Shown: one piece after another, positions 15,326 to 23,841 of the stretch
How the letters are laid out: each line of letters begins with the position of its first letter
Numbering within the stretch: the first letter of the stretch is position 1
Program-made: the position numbers and the translations under genes
The notes under the pieces: generated by a model
What the model was told of the DNA's origin: nothing
Database searches by the model: none
What the model saw: only the letters and a program-made list of their open reading frames with translations
Origin: Fretibacterium sp.
GTDB taxonomy: Bacteria > Synergistota > Synergistia > Synergistales > Aminobacteriaceae
Assembly (NCBI GenBank): GCA_024695065.1
Contig: JAILIX010000074.1
Span: 24,459 to 48,458 of the forward strand
Length of the DNA stretch: 24,000 nt
Direction of reading: 5' to 3'

Positions 15326-16552
15326 ATGGCGGAGAAACATATTGCGCGTTCCAAGTACGACCGCTTCTTCTTCATTGCGGGCCTGGCTGTTCTGGTGCTG
15401 GGTGTCGTGCTCAAACTGTGTCAGTCAATGCCAGCTTTCCGGCGTATCTACGATCTGCCGGTCTTCCTGATGCTCATCGGCGCCGTGACAGCTCTGAAGG
15501 GCTTCCTTGCCTTCTCAAAACACCATGAGGGCACAGTCGTCCTTTCCCGCAAAACCTTCGGCGCGTTCCTGACCAACAACGCTATTCTGCTGGCTATGCT
15601 GGTTCTGGTTGTCATTATCTGCATCCTTCAGCCCCGATTCATGCAGATCCGCGTGGCGCTGGACATTCTGACGCAGTCCTCGACGCGTCTCATCATCGCA
15701 CTGGGTATCTGCTTCACGCTTCTGATTGCGGGCACGGACCTGTCGGCAGGCCGCATGGTGGGCTTCGCGGCGGTGATCTCCGCCTCCATGATGCAGACTG
15801 CAACCTACTCCAACCGCTTCTTCCCGGACCTGCCCCAGATTGGCGTCTGGATTCCCATCATCGCGGCTATCGCGGCGTGCATGGTCTTTGGCGCGCTCAA
15901 TGGATTCCTCGTCGCCAAGTATGACATGCACCCCTTTATTGCCACACTGGCCGTCCAGGTCATCATCTATGGAACCTGCTCGCTGTACTTTGACATGCCG
16001 CCCAACAACTCCCAGCCCATCGGCGGTGTCCGGCCCGAATTCGCGGCGCTGGGCCAGATGAGAATTTTTGCCGGCAACGGGTTCCAGGGTATCTCAATCC
16101 TCATTCCCATTGCCGTGGTCATCTGCGTTATCATCTGGTTCATCCTGAACAAGACCGTGTTCGGTAAGAACGTCTACGCCATCGGCGGCAACCGGGAGGC
16201 GGCGGTGGTGGCAGGAATCAACGTGTTTGCCTGCATCATGTGCATCTTCATCCTGGCCTCGTGCCTGTACGGCATTGCGGGCGTTCTGGAGGCGGCACGC
16301 ACGGCAGGAGCCACCAACAACTACGGCAACGGCTATGAGCTGGACGCCATCGCGGCGTGCGTGGTGGGCGGCGTCTCACTGAATGGCGGCATCGGCAAGG
16401 TCAGCGGCATCGTCAGCGGTGTGCTCATCTTCACCGTCATCCAGTATGGCCTGCAGTTCATCAACGTGTCTCCCATGTGGCAGCAGGTCATCAAGGGCGT
16501 CATCATTGCCGTGGCGGTCGCCATTGACCTGACAAAGTACCGCAGGAAATAG
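15326..16552 (+). CDS. mglC: Galactoside ABC transporter permease (MglC/RbsC family) with an N-terminal extension
   Basis: AAGGAGG RBS. The core shows 'TDLSAGR', 'HPFIATLA' and 'AIGGNREAA..AGI', typical of the monosaccharide ABC permease family. The product is 408 aa versus 336 aa in E. coli MglC. Confidence 0.88.
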   Translation: MAEKHIARSKYDRFFFIAGLAVLVLGVVLKLCQSMPAFRRIYDLPVFLMLIGAVTALKGFLAFSKHHEGTVVLSRKTFGAFLTNNAILLAMLVLVVIICILQPRFMQIRVALDILTQSSTRLIIALGICFTLLIAGTDLSAGRMVGFAAVISASMMQTATYSNRFFPDLPQIGVWIPIIAAIAACMVFGALNGFLVAKYDMHPFIATLAVQVIIYGTCSLYFDMPPNNSQPIGGVRPEFAALGQMRIFAGNGFQGISILIPIAVVICVIIWFILNKTVFGKNVYAIGGNREAAVVAGINVFACIMCIFILASCLYGIAGVLEAARTAGATNNYGNGYELDAIAACVVGGVSLNGGIGKVSGIVSGVLIFTVIQYGLQFINVSPMWQQVIKGVIIAVAVAIDLTKYRRK

Positions 16553-16555
16553 GCT

Positions 16556-17770
16556 GTGAACACTAAAGAGATGCCAGGCGGGAGACCTCTCCCCGAAGGA
16601 GACATGACCGCCCGGTTTTATGAACTCTACGGTAAAGACACCCAGCCGGAGCTCTTTTTCGCCCCTGGCCGTGTGAACCTCATCGGCGAGCATACGGATC
16701 ATGAGGGGGGCCACGTCTTCCCCTGCGCCATTGACTTTGGGATATGGGCGCTGGCGGCGGTCTGTCCCGGGGAGACGGTCCGGCTGTGTTCCCTGAACTT
16801 CGGGGATCAGGGAGTTGTTGAAGCCCCAGCTCACGGCATTGAGCACGACATCGCGCGAGGCTGGGCCAACTATCCTCTGGGCGTTCTCCGTATCCTTGAG
16901 GACCACGGGTATGCTCTCCCCGCCGGTCTGAATCTGCTCTTTCAGGGCAATCTGCCGGAGGGGGCGGGGCTTTCGTCCTCCGCGGCTATTGAGGTGCTGA
17001 CTGCCTGCATAGTCAACGACCTCTTTGGTTTCGGCCTGGACGGGGTGAAGCGCGCACTTCTCTCCCAGGAGGCGGAGAACAGGTTTATCGGTGTCCAGTG
17101 CGGCATCATGGATCAGTTTGCCGTCAGCATGGGAAAGAAGGACCACGCCATCCTGCTGGACTGTGCGAAGCTGGATTACCGCTATGCCCCCCTGCCTCTG
17201 GGCGGCTGCCGGCTTGTGATTGCCAACTCCAACGTGCCCCACTCGCTGGCCAGCTCAGAGTACAACCTTCGCCGCCAGCAGTGCGAGGCGGCGCTGGCGG
17301 ATATTCAGAAAGTTCGCCCCGCTGAAAACCTCTGCGAGCTCAGCGAGGATGAGTTCAACGCTGTGCAGGAAGCAATAAGGACTCCGGAGGCCCTTCGCCG
17401 GGCGCGCCATGCCGTCACGGAGGATGCGCGGGCCGTTCGTGCTGTGGCCGCGCTGGAGGCGGGGGACCTCGTTACCTTTGGCGAGCTGATGAAGGGCTCT
17501 CACCTTTCTCTGCGGAACGACTACGAGGTGACCATCCCGGAGCTGGACGCGCTGGCGGAACTGGCGTGGGCCCATCCGGGCGTTGTAGGCTCCCGTATGA
17601 CGGGGGGTGGCTTCGGCGGCTGCACGGTGAGCATCGTGGAGCGGGACGCTGTGGAGGACTTTATCCGCGTCGTGGGGGAGGAGTACGCCCGGCGCACAGG
17701 CCGCAGGGCAAGCTTCTACGTCACAGGGACGGCGAATGGGGCCGGGAGAGTATCAGGAGGTCTGAAGTGA
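16556..17770 (+). CDS. galK: Galactokinase
   Basis: Signatures 'APGRVNLIGEHTDHEGG', 'GNLPEGAGLSSSAA' and 'RMTGGGFGGC', collinear with E. coli GalK. The start is uncertain among GTG 16556, ATG 16571 and ATG 16604. Confidence 0.92.
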   Translation: MNTKEMPGGRPLPEGDMTARFYELYGKDTQPELFFAPGRVNLIGEHTDHEGGHVFPCAIDFGIWALAAVCPGETVRLCSLNFGDQGVVEAPAHGIEHDIARGWANYPLGVLRILEDHGYALPAGLNLLFQGNLPEGAGLSSSAAIEVLTACIVNDLFGFGLDGVKRALLSQEAENRFIGVQCGIMDQFAVSMGKKDHAILLDCAKLDYRYAPLPLGGCRLVIANSNVPHSLASSEYNLRRQQCEAALADIQKVRPAENLCELSEDEFNAVQEAIRTPEALRRARHAVTEDARAVRAVAALEAGDLVTFGELMKGSHLSLRNDYEVTIPELDALAELAWAHPGVVGSRMTGGGFGGCTVSIVERDAVEDFIRVVGEEYARRTGRRASFYVTGTANGAGRVSGGLK

Positions 17771-17810
17771 CATCTACCCTGTTCTGAGGGACGTCAGTCG
17801 GTTTAGCAAT

Positions 17811-17838
17811 AAGGCCGGCCCTGCACAGGACCGGCCTT
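17811..17838. terminator. Hairpin shared by the convergent galK and methyltransferase genes
   Basis: AAGGCCGG-c-CCTG-ca-CAGG-a-CCGGCCTT is a near-perfect inverted repeat. It is followed by TCTGATG on the plus strand and ATTGCTAAA on the minus strand, so both U-tracts are weak. Confidence 0.55.
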
Positions 17839-17889
17839 TCTGATGATGTTGTGAGCCTGACAGAATAGGTTCCGCCCCTGTGAAACAGG

Positions 17890-18486
17890 CTATGCCCCGC
17901 AGTCGTAGACGAAAGCCGGCGGGATGTTGATAGGGACGAACTTCGTCCGGATATCTGGGAAGCGGGCGGCGAGCGTGGACTTCATGATGGTGGAGTACTG
18001 GTAAGCCACAAAGCGCCCCCCCGGCTTCAGAGAGTTCTGCACAGCGTCCAGGATATTTTCGGAGACATCGTGGGGCAGCACCGTGAAGGGCAGACTGGAG
18101 ATCACGAAGTCCAGACTCTCGATTCCCTCGGCTTTCATGATAGCGGCAAGTTCCTGTGCATCGCCGTAGAGCCGCAGTCCGGGGTGATTGGGGTGCTCTG
18201 CCCGGATCAGATCCTGAAGTGCCGGGTCCACCTCGAAAACAAGAATTTTCGCCTCAGGGTGAGCGCGTTTGACGATCTCGCGGGTAAAGACCCCCGTGCC
18301 TGCTCCGAGCTCAGCCACGCTGCGGGCGTTGGCCCAGTCCACACGATCCAGCATTGCGCGGGTCAGAAAACGGGAACTGGGAGCGACACTTCCCACCTGG
18401 CGCGGAGCTCCGAAGAAACGCCGCAGGAACACCATGTCCTGTCCAAGGTGGGAACTATGTCCCTTCTTCATCTTTTGTCCTTTCAT
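17890..18486 (-). CDS. Class I SAM-dependent methyltransferase (phospholipid N-methyltransferase-like, COG3963-type)
   Basis: SAM motif I 'VAELGAGTGVFTREI' and the N-terminal 'GSVAPSSRFL' typical of this group as I remember it. The start could be the ATG five codons downstream (MKKGHSS). Confidence 0.75.
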   Translation of the reverse strand: MKGQKMKKGHSSHLGQDMVFLRRFFGAPRQVGSVAPSSRFLTRAMLDRVDWANARSVAELGAGTGVFTREIVKRAHPEAKILVFEVDPALQDLIRAEHPNHPGLRLYGDAQELAAIMKAEGIESLDFVISSLPFTVLPHDVSENILDAVQNSLKPGGRFVAYQYSTIMKSTLAARFPDIRTKFVPINIPPAFVYDCGA

Positions 18487-18569
18487 TCCATGCCTCCGCT
18501 TTTTTTTTCGCAGAAATGTGCGATAATTTCTATAGTATTATAGCGTATTCGCATTGAAGGAGGAATGGG

Positions 18570-19286
18570 ATGTCCATGAGCGGGAAGAAAAAACGTCTGG
18601 TTGTTCTGACTGGAGCAGGAATGAGCGCGGAGAGCGGGTTCAGCACCTTCCGGGATGCGGGGGGGCTCTGGGAGAACTACAATGTGGAGGATGTTGCGAG
18701 TATTGAGGGCTGGTATCGAAATCCAAAACTGATGGTTGATTTTTATAATGGGCTGCGTTCACAGCTTGAGAAAGCGGAGCCCAACGAAGGGCACCGTATT
18801 CTGGCGGCGCTGGAGGAGTTCTTTGACGTGGGCATTGTCACACAGAACGTGGATAACCTTCATGAGCGGTCCGGGAGCACGAATGTTCTGCACCTTCACG
18901 GGGAACTGACGAAGGCCCGGAGTGTGAACGACGAGAATAAAATCTATGATGTCGGCTATCGCCAGATGGAGTATGGCGAGAAGGGGGAGGACGGGGCCCT
19001 GCTGCGTCCCCACATTGTTTGGTTCGGCGAGGCTGTCCCCATGATTTCTGAGGCTGCCCGCTGGGTGAGGGGAGCGGACATCTTTGCAGTTGTGGGCACG
19101 TCCCTGAACGTTTACCCTGCTGCGGGGCTGATTCACGACCTGCGGGGCGGAACCCGCGCCTTCCTGATTGATCCCAAGGAAGTCTCCCTGCCCTCCAGCC
19201 TGCACTTCACGGTCTTCCGTGAGGGGGCCTCGAAGGGGCTGGCTCTTATGCGGGACGCACTGTTGTCCGGCAATTCAAAAAGGTAG
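18570..19286 (+). CDS. cobB: Sir2-family NAD-dependent protein deacylase, short form with no cysteines
   Basis: GAAGGAGG lies 6 nt upstream. Canonical sirtuin motifs are present: 'GAGMSAESGFSTFRD', 'TQNVDNLHERSG', 'HLHG', 'VWFGE', 'VVGTSLNVYPAAG'. The product contains no Cys, so the usual Cys4 Zn module is absent. Confidence 0.88.
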   Translation: MSMSGKKKRLVVLTGAGMSAESGFSTFRDAGGLWENYNVEDVASIEGWYRNPKLMVDFYNGLRSQLEKAEPNEGHRILAALEEFFDVGIVTQNVDNLHERSGSTNVLHLHGELTKARSVNDENKIYDVGYRQMEYGEKGEDGALLRPHIVWFGEAVPMISEAARWVRGADIFAVVGTSLNVYPAAGLIHDLRGGTRAFLIDPKEVSLPSSLHFTVFREGASKGLALMRDALLSGNSKR

Positions 19287-19298
19287 GAGGTTCTGTTA

Positions 19299-20831
19299 AT
19301 GGCCAAGAATGTGGGTGCTAAAATTCCAAGCATCGCTCAGATGCAGAGCACCATTGACAGACTGGAAGAGATGCGGAATACGGTGCTGTTCCCCCGCTGG
19401 AAAATGGTTCCCGCGGTCCAGCAGAATGTGAGGAAGCTGAAGGAGCTGACAGAAAAACACACTCAGCTCATGTCCTCCAAGAACGCGGATGACAGGGTTT
19501 TAGGCAAAAAAATTTGGGTTTCCATGTCAAACTGTTATTGGGACATTCTCTTTGCCATTTTGAATGCCCTGACAGAGCCTCACATGGGGATTCTCCCCAT
19601 GACACTCGCCTTTGAGAAGACAGAACGCCTTTTTATCGACTTCGGAGTTCTTGCCGACGGAACCCTGCCTTTCCACAAAGATTTTGATGCGGACGCGGTT
19701 TTGAATATCCAAAGCAAGGGAGGCGCCTTTCATTACCTTTCCTTTACGGACTTCATCGCGGAGTGCTGGTCCATGATTGTGGGCAGTCCTCCCCCTGAGC
19801 CCATGGCGGGCCCCTCGGCGGATGCCCGTGTTGGTATCCTGCAGGGACAGTTTGATGAAGCGCAAAAGTACCGTGATGCTGTTCTTCGTAGAATTGGGAG
19901 CGAGTTTCTGAGCAACAGTTCTTTGGACATATCCAAGCTGATACAGGACCTGGATGACTGCCTGCTCCCGGCAATGAAGGTCTACACGCGTGTGCCGGAG
20001 TACCGTGAGGCGGAGGAATCCGAGCGGCGTCAGATGAATCAGGAGCGCATCATCTATCAGGAGGCAGAAAAAAATTTGCTCCTGATGCTCTCCTTGGTTC
20101 AGAAACAAGAAGTGAATCCTTTGCCGGCGGCCAAGGCGGATAGTCTTTTGGGGCTTCATGAGAAGACAAAGGTCCTGGCTAAGAAGCTCCTTTACTGCCG
20201 GAACGACGCAAAGAAAATCGCCCGGCGCGCAAATAAGATCACTGAGACCTGCGCTGAGTACTCGCCCCAGATGAAGCGGGCTGAGTTGCGTTCCATGTTG
20301 CTGAAGAAGAAGGAATACTTCACTGTCCCGGCCAAGAGTGCGCGCTGTGATGAGTCGCCTTTCTGCCCCTCCAATGGCCTCCCCATCAACTATCAGGTGG
20401 CCGCTGAGGAAATTGAGGCCATCAGCGCGATGGATATGGATATGTTCGGTGTGCCGCGCATCCGCATGTATGGCATTCCCCGCGTTGTCTTCATGCCCGG
20501 GCAGGGCTTTGGGACCTACGACTGGTCGGATAATACGCTGCTGCTTCCTGCCTTCCCCATTGACGGAGGGGATACCATCCACGAGGAAAAAGCCATCTGC
20601 TATGCCCTGGCGACGTTCCGCTGGGACAGTGACGAGGACCGCAGTCTGAAAAATCCCTATCAACAGATAAAGGAGAACAGGAAAAAATCCCTTGTGGATC
20701 TGTCCGCTTCGTTCTACAGAGATTACTACCTGTGGGCGTCAAAGGAAAAGAAGGGTTACCGCATTTTGTCCCGGGATACGTCTCAGGTCTTCAACCAGAT
20801 TTTGGCGCCTCGTTTGGAAAGCGATGTGTAA
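19299..20831 (+). CDS. Hypothetical 510-aa protein, apparently co-transcribed with the sirtuin
   Basis: GGAGG RBS, 12 nt after the cobB stop. No signal peptide or TM segment. The middle looks helical or coiled-coil-like (about residues 180-330), and the C-terminal region contains 'FMPGQGFGTYDWSDNTLLLPAFP'. I recognise no family. The antisense ORF 19527-20663 looks like a GC-skew artefact. Confidence 0.7.
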   Translation: MAKNVGAKIPSIAQMQSTIDRLEEMRNTVLFPRWKMVPAVQQNVRKLKELTEKHTQLMSSKNADDRVLGKKIWVSMSNCYWDILFAILNALTEPHMGILPMTLAFEKTERLFIDFGVLADGTLPFHKDFDADAVLNIQSKGGAFHYLSFTDFIAECWSMIVGSPPPEPMAGPSADARVGILQGQFDEAQKYRDAVLRRIGSEFLSNSSLDISKLIQDLDDCLLPAMKVYTRVPEYREAEESERRQMNQERIIYQEAEKNLLLMLSLVQKQEVNPLPAAKADSLLGLHEKTKVLAKKLLYCRNDAKKIARRANKITETCAEYSPQMKRAELRSMLLKKKEYFTVPAKSARCDESPFCPSNGLPINYQVAAEEIEAISAMDMDMFGVPRIRMYGIPRVVFMPGQGFGTYDWSDNTLLLPAFPIDGGDTIHEEKAICYALATFRWDSDEDRSLKNPYQQIKENRKKSLVDLSASFYRDYYLWASKEKKGYRILSRDTSQVFNQILAPRLESDV

Positions 20832-20994
20832 CAGTTTTTTGTTGGAAAAGGGGGCGGACAGAATGACGTGATGTAGCTCAGGCTTTTTGCCTGCGCCCGC
20901 CAGGGTGTGCGGCTTTCGCGTTTTTTGTGGCATCCTTCCGTCCCCGGGCGGAGGGGGTGTTAGTTTTCTGTCGTAAAGTATGGAGGTTATTTTT

Positions 20995-22110
20995 ATGGAC
21001 AAGGTCTTGACTTCGCGCAATGGCCCCTGGATTGCCGGTGGAATCATCGGTCTCATTGCCGTTGCGCTGGCTCATTTTGGCAATCCCGGCAACATGGGGT
21101 TCTGCGTTGCCTGTTTCACCCGCGACATCGCGGGGGCTCTGGGGCTTCACCGCGCCGGGGTCGTGCAGTATCTCCGGCCGGAGATTCCCGGCTTTATTCT
21201 GGGCTCCTTCCTCTCCGCGCTTCTGTTTCGTGAATATTCCCCCCGCGGCGGTTCGTCTCCCGCGGTGCGCTTTGGTCTGGGCGTGTTCGCTATGCTGGGC
21301 GCTCTGGTCTTTCTGGGCTGCCCCTGGCGGGCGTACCTGCGTGTTGCGGGCGGCGACTGGAACGCCCTTTATGGTGTCGGCGGCCTGGCTGTGGGCGTCC
21401 TGATTGGGATAGGGTTCCTGTGGCATGGATTCAGCCTGGGGGCGGCCGAGAACAACCCAAAGGCCGCGGGCCTGATTATGCCGCTCATGGCTGTGGCGCT
21501 CCTTGCATTCCTGTTCCTTGCGCCCACGTTTGGTGAGGCTGGCAAGGCCCCCATCTTCTTCTCCACTTCCGGCCCTGGCTCCAAGCACGCGCCTGTTCTC
21601 ATGGCGCTTGGCGCGGGGCTCATCGTGGGATGGTTTGCCCAGCGCAGCCGCTTCTGCACTGTCGGGGCTCTGCGTGACCTGTTTATGATGGGGGACGCCC
21701 ACCTGTTCAAGGGCATCGTGGCCTTCACTGTTGTGGCCTTCGCGGCCAACTACGCTCTGGGGACTTTCCACCCCGGCTTCGTCATCACCCCCGCCGCGGA
21801 GGGGGTCAAGGCTGTCCCTCAGCCTGTGGCTCACATGGACCAGCTCTGGAACTTCCTGGGCATGGTGTTGTCCGGTCTGGCTTTCACCCTGGCGGGCGGC
21901 TGCCCCGGCCGTCAGCTCATCATGGCGGGCGAGGGTGACAGCGATGCAGGCATCTTCGTCCTGGGAATGCTGGTGGGCGCAGCCGTGGCGCATAATTTCT
22001 CCGCTGCCTCCAGCGGGGCGGGCATTGGCCCCATGGGCGCTCACGTGACGGTTATCGGCCTGGTGTTCTGTCTGGCAGTTGGGCTTTTCTTTCAGCCCAG
22101 CCGCAGCTAG
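20995..22110 (+). CDS. yedE: YedE-family membrane protein (putative selenium/sulfur-compound transporter)
   Basis: The ATG at 20995 has GGAGG 8 nt upstream. The N-terminal 'FGNPGNMGFCVACFTRD' and the later 'RSRFCTVGA' are the paired Cys-containing motifs I associate with YedE/YeeE. The product is polytopic and is followed by yedF. Confidence 0.8.
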   Translation: MDKVLTSRNGPWIAGGIIGLIAVALAHFGNPGNMGFCVACFTRDIAGALGLHRAGVVQYLRPEIPGFILGSFLSALLFREYSPRGGSSPAVRFGLGVFAMLGALVFLGCPWRAYLRVAGGDWNALYGVGGLAVGVLIGIGFLWHGFSLGAAENNPKAAGLIMPLMAVALLAFLFLAPTFGEAGKAPIFFSTSGPGSKHAPVLMALGAGLIVGWFAQRSRFCTVGALRDLFMMGDAHLFKGIVAFTVVAFAANYALGTFHPGFVITPAAEGVKAVPQPVAHMDQLWNFLGMVLSGLAFTLAGGCPGRQLIMAGEGDSDAGIFVLGMLVGAAVAHNFSAASSGAGIGPMGAHVTVIGLVFCLAVGLFFQPSRS

Positions 22111-22130
22111 AGTGTTGAGGAGGTCCTGTC

Positions 22131-22349
22131 ATGAGTGATACGATTACGGTCAACGCCTCCGGGCTCTCCTGCCCGCAGCCGGTCATCGAGACGAAAAAGG
22201 CACTTTCCGGTCTGAGCTCCGGACGGGTTGAGGTCCTTGTGGACACGGCCACGTCGCGGAACAACGTCGCGCGCTTTGGCGAGAACAAGGGCTGGCGCGT
22301 CACGACGGAGGAGCGCGAGGGCGGATTCCGGGTCATTCTGGAGAAGTAG
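22131..22349 (+). CDS. yedF: TusA/SirA-fold sulfurtransferase-like protein YedF
   Basis: 72 aa with the 'LSCPQPV' (CPxP) motif near the N-terminus and a GAGGAGG RBS. It lies immediately downstream of yedE. Confidence 0.8.
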   Translation: MSDTITVNASGLSCPQPVIETKKALSGLSSGRVEVLVDTATSRNNVARFGENKGWRVTTEEREGGFRVILEK

Positions 22350-22376
22350 CCGCAAATACACCGCAAAATCACTGAA

Positions 22377-22414
22377 AGACGCCGGCCACAGATGAGGCCG
22401 GCGTCTTCTTTTCA
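22377..22414 (+). terminator. Rho-independent terminator after yedF
   Basis: AAGACGCCGGCC-acagatga-GGCCGGCGTCTT is a perfect 12-bp stem, followed by CTTTTC. Confidence 0.85.
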
Positions 22415-22514
22415 GCGGCTGACCCGTTTCTGCGGCCGGCGCGACGTCCCGGATTTTTTGCGCAATAAGTGATATCATTATAGTAAGTCAATGAAAAAAT
22501 GGAGGGGAAATATC

Positions 22515-23660
22515 ATGTACAGTTTTACTCTGAACGAGACATCGTACCATGGCTCAGGCGCAATAGCGGCAATCCCGGCGGAGATCAGAAACAGGGGACT
22601 GAAGAAGGTTTTTGTCGCCTCCGACCCTGACCTTGTGAAGTTCAAGGTCACGGCAAAGGTCACAGACCTGCTCGACAAGGAGGGCATCGCCTACACCGTC
22701 TTCAGCGAGATTCAGCCCAACCCCACTATTGAGAATGTCAAGGCCGGCGTTGCGGCGTTCAGGGCATCCGGCGCAGACTGCATCGTAGCCATTGGAGGCG
22801 GTTCATCCATGGATACCTCCAAGGCAGTGGGCATTATTATCGCCAATCCTGAGTTCGCCGATGTGCGGAGCCTTGAGGGGGTTGCCCCGACGAAGAATCC
22901 CTGCGTTCCTATCATCGCGGTCCCGACGACAGCCGGAACGGCGGCGGAGGTCACCATTAACTACGTTATTACCGACCTGGAGCGCAAGAGAAAGTTCGTC
23001 TGTGTGGACCGTCATGATATTCCTGTGGTCGCTGTGGTAGACCCTGATATGATGTCAACCATGCCCAGGGGGCTCACTGCCTCGACGGGCATGGACGCGC
23101 TGACCCACGCCGTTGAGGGCTACATCACGAAGGGTGCGTGGGCGCTGTCCGATATGTTCCATATCACGGCCATTAAGATGATCTCCGACTCGCTGCGGGA
23201 TGCCGTGGCCGGGAAGGAAAACGGACGTGCCGGAATGGCTCTTGGGCAGTATGTTGCAGGCATGGGTTTCTCCAATGTCGGCCTCGGCATTGACCACGCG
23301 ATGGCCCACACACTGTCCGCTTACTACGGCACACCCCACGGAGTTGCCTGCGCCATTCTGCTGCCGACGGCGATGGAGTTCAACCGTGATTACTCCGGCG
23401 AGAAGTACCGCGAAATTGCAAGGGTGATGGGTGTTGCCGGCGTGGACTCCATGACTCAGGAGCAGTACAGGGACGCGGCTATCGCGGCGGTGAAGAAACT
23501 GAGCGCCGACGTGGGCATTTCGCCTGACCTGAAGGAGATTGTGAAGGAGGCCGATATTCCCGCTCTGGCCGCCTCAGCGCACGAGGACGCCTGTCTGCCG
23601 GGAAATCCCAGGGATGCTTCCGTGGAAGACATCATTAAACTTTACAAGAGCCTGATTTAA
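22515..23660 (+). CDS. fucO: Iron-containing alcohol dehydrogenase, lactaldehyde reductase (1,2-propanediol oxidoreductase)-like
   Basis: The ATG at 22515 has GGAGGGG 7 nt upstream. The product is collinear and highly similar by eye to E. coli FucO: 'NPEFADVRSLEG', 'PTTAGTAAEVTINYVITD', 'RKFVCVD.HDIP', 'GQYVAGMGFSNVGLG', 'GEKYR.IARVMGV'. Confidence 0.9.
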   Translation: MYSFTLNETSYHGSGAIAAIPAEIRNRGLKKVFVASDPDLVKFKVTAKVTDLLDKEGIAYTVFSEIQPNPTIENVKAGVAAFRASGADCIVAIGGGSSMDTSKAVGIIIANPEFADVRSLEGVAPTKNPCVPIIAVPTTAGTAAEVTINYVITDLERKRKFVCVDRHDIPVVAVVDPDMMSTMPRGLTASTGMDALTHAVEGYITKGAWALSDMFHITAIKMISDSLRDAVAGKENGRAGMALGQYVAGMGFSNVGLGIDHAMAHTLSAYYGTPHGVACAILLPTAMEFNRDYSGEKYREIARVMGVAGVDSMTQEQYRDAAIAAVKKLSADVGISPDLKEIVKEADIPALAASAHEDACLPGNPRDASVEDIIKLYKSLI

Positions 23661-23683
23661 CCTGTTTCTGCATTCAAAACAGC

Positions 23684-23722
23684 AGCCCCTGCGGGATCCT
23701 ATGCCCTGCGGGGGCTTTTCTT
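23684..23722 (+). terminator. Rho-independent terminator after fucO
   Basis: AGCCCCTGCGGG-atcctatg-CCCTGCGGGGGCT forms a 12-bp stem with two G-U pairs, followed by TTTTCTT. Confidence 0.8.
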
Positions 23723-23841
23723 AACAGCCCCATACCAGGAAGGGCTGATTGAACCTGACAGCGAGGACCGCGACAGGACATAAGAACTGATCATGCTGAA
23801 AACATGATACTCAAAACCTGCATGAAGGAAGGGATGTACAA

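Noticed and set aside
16376-17242. 288-aa minus-strand ORF
   Set aside because: It is antisense to mglC and galK, so it is a shadow ORF.
18570-19286. Sir2 as an anti-phage defence effector (Thoeris ThsA, DSR or SIR2-HerA type)
   Set aside because: The protein is a short stand-alone sirtuin with the full canonical deacylase motif set. It has no SLOG, HerA, pAgo or STAND partner. I therefore treat it as a deacylase with an unusual neighbour, not as a recognised defence system.
19527-20663. 378-aa minus-strand ORF opposite the 510-aa hypothetical gene
   Set aside because: The plus-strand ORF is longer, has a GGAGG RBS and sits 12 nt after cobB. The minus-strand product has a shadow-ORF composition rich in Arg, Gly, His and Leu.
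20878-22044. 388-aa minus-strand ORF
   Set aside because: It is antisense to yedE. The product is hydrophilic and low-complexity (rich in Ala, Gly, Arg and Gln), whereas the plus frame gives a coherent polytopic YedE.
22458-22484. TTGCGC-N15-TATAGT as the fucO promoter, with the palindrome TGATATCA at 22470-22477
   Set aside because: The 15-nt spacer is suboptimal and the palindrome is short, so it is not supportable beyond a guess.
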